A stretch of 62,955 bases of DNA, filler included, from Chiloscyllium plagiosum (Eukaryota), in assembly GCF_004010195.1 (NCBI RefSeq). It is 5 parts of one record of this genome, joined end to end, with 100 filler letters (N's around TTAATTAATTAA, not from the genome) between each part and the next. Parts side by side here need not be neighbours in the genome. Positions count along the whole stretch, not along the records: positions 57,575 to 62,955 come from NC_057715.1; 4 more parts are not named here. The stretch is one strand, 5' to 3'. The notes beneath the pieces were generated by a model. The model worked only from the letters and a program-made list of their open reading frames with translations, searched no databases and was not told the DNA's origin. Made by a program: the position numbers and the translations under genes. Positions within the stretch are counted from its first letter, which is position 1; each line of letters starts with the position of its first letter. Shown here one piece after another: positions 61,461 to 62,955 of the stretch.

Positions 61461-62589
61461 AATTTCACTTTAAGCAATTGCTAAAACAAAGGTAAGTATT
61501 GCATGACTTGCATCAGCCTCCATAGACATGTAGCTACAGACTTAGACAGCATGTTGCTCTTCAGTCCAACAGGGAAGCTCAGGAGTCCCATCCAACGCAG
61601 CTTTCACCTTTAAGTTTCAGGTTATGATTTAATATCAGCAAGGCATACATCTACAAACCCTCTTTCCCTTGGATGCTGATCCTACAGCTTTCCAGAGTTC
61701 CTTGTCAACCAATCAACCAATAAAATATGGTTCTCAGTTTGACCACTCCTGGGGATCCACCCCACCCTCTCCCTGACCTCTGCCACCCCCACCATCCCAT
61801 GCCCCCTCCCCAGTTCTTTAACCTTTTTGTACTATTACACAGGTTTCTAGATTTTAGATTTTTTTATCCAGCTGGTGTAATATTTCCAAGAGCTCCTGTC
61901 TGTCAAACAGAAAAACTGACCGCTTTTTGTGATTTATTTGTTTCTTCCCCTCACAAGAATCCTTTCTGTCTCTGACTAATTTCTTTCTGTGTCTGAATTT
62001 GTGTCTTCAGCTTCCATTTGCTTTGCTTGTGGCTGACCTTTGCTCTGAGCACTCCTTTGTGTTTGGCTATGCAACTCCTGCCATAACTTCCTTCTGTTGG
62101 TACAACTTCCAGGTAAAGGGTCACCAGTAATTCTTCAGACCAGATCACCAGTAATTCTTATAAAATGAATAAATAGCAATCTATCCCTTTAAATGAGAGC
62201 GAACACTTAAAAGTTCTTTTTGAAAACAAATCTACAGACATTTAAAGAAAATACAAATTTTCCTTACGGTACAGCATTCAGATCAAATGCAGTTACAGAG
62301 TACAAATGTTAACAATTCAAGCTATTGCTTTAACTGCACCTCTCTGTTCTCTTTCCATAATAAACACATGTGGATATGGAAGATATAGACTGCAGGGAAA
62401 TAGATGGTGATATCTTGCAAAATGTCCATATTACAGAGGAGGAAGTGCTGGATGTCTTGAAACGTGTAAAGGTGGATAAATCCCCAGGACCTGATCAGGT
62501 CAAACCAGATCAAATCCTCCAACCCTGGTAACATCCTTGTAAATCTTTTCTGAACCCTTTCAAGTTTCACAACATCTTTCCAATAGGAG

Positions 62590-62955
62590 TCATGATTCGG
62601 AGATGCTGGTGTTGGACTGGGGTGTACAAAGTTAAAAATCACACAACACCAGCCAGGTTATAGTCCAACAGGTTTAATTGGAAGCACACTAGCTTTCGGA
62701 GCGATGCTCCTTCAACAGGCGATTGTGGAGGGCTCGATCGTAACACAGAATTTATAGCAAAAATTTGCAGTGTGATGTAACTGAAATTATACATTGAAGA
62801 ATTGATTGTCTGTTAAGCCTTTCATCTGTTAGAATACAGTGATGAATCTATGTGGTTTTTGAGCAAAGTGCAATGTAACTCTGAAAGTACCAAAAAAAAA
62901 TTCACCACACACAATATATATGTGTGCATGTGGGTCTTTGTCTGTCTGTGTGTGT
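62590..62955 (-). mobile_element. PLE family-2 pLTR (hammerhead core with A6>U at ~62690-62718)
   Basis: GGTGTTGGACTGGGGTGTACAAAGTTAAAAATCACACAACACC..TAGCTTTCGGAGCGATGCTCCTTCAACAG. Confidence 0.8.

Overview
Repeat-dominated eukaryotic DNA, most likely from an elasmobranch (shark). This is inferred from multiple HE1/V-SINE copies and CR1 LINE 3' ends. No host protein-coding gene could be recognised, and nearly every ORF in the track is a retroelement fragment. The window holds two L1/Tx1-clade LINE remnants, many CR1 pieces from at least two families, a Rex1/Babar LINE, HE1 and a second tRNA-derived SINE, and a decayed Gypsy LTR element (LTR, tRNA-iMet-like PBS and a gag split by later insertions). 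It also holds three families of Penelope-like elements (PLEs, GIY-YIG). Main signal: PLE termini carry minimal type-I hammerhead ribozyme cores (CUGANGA-A-stem II-GAAA-palindromic stem III-UH), at least 8 of them intact. Many PLE ends occur as ORF-less 150-500 bp fold-back mini-elements with 10-16 bp target-site duplications. One such hairpin sits at the centre of a ~1.27 kb genomic palindrome that it appears to have seeded. There are four 100-nt scaffold gaps with an artificial TTAATTAATTAA linker. All family calls come from motif recognition by eye; no database search was run and element boundaries are approximate.
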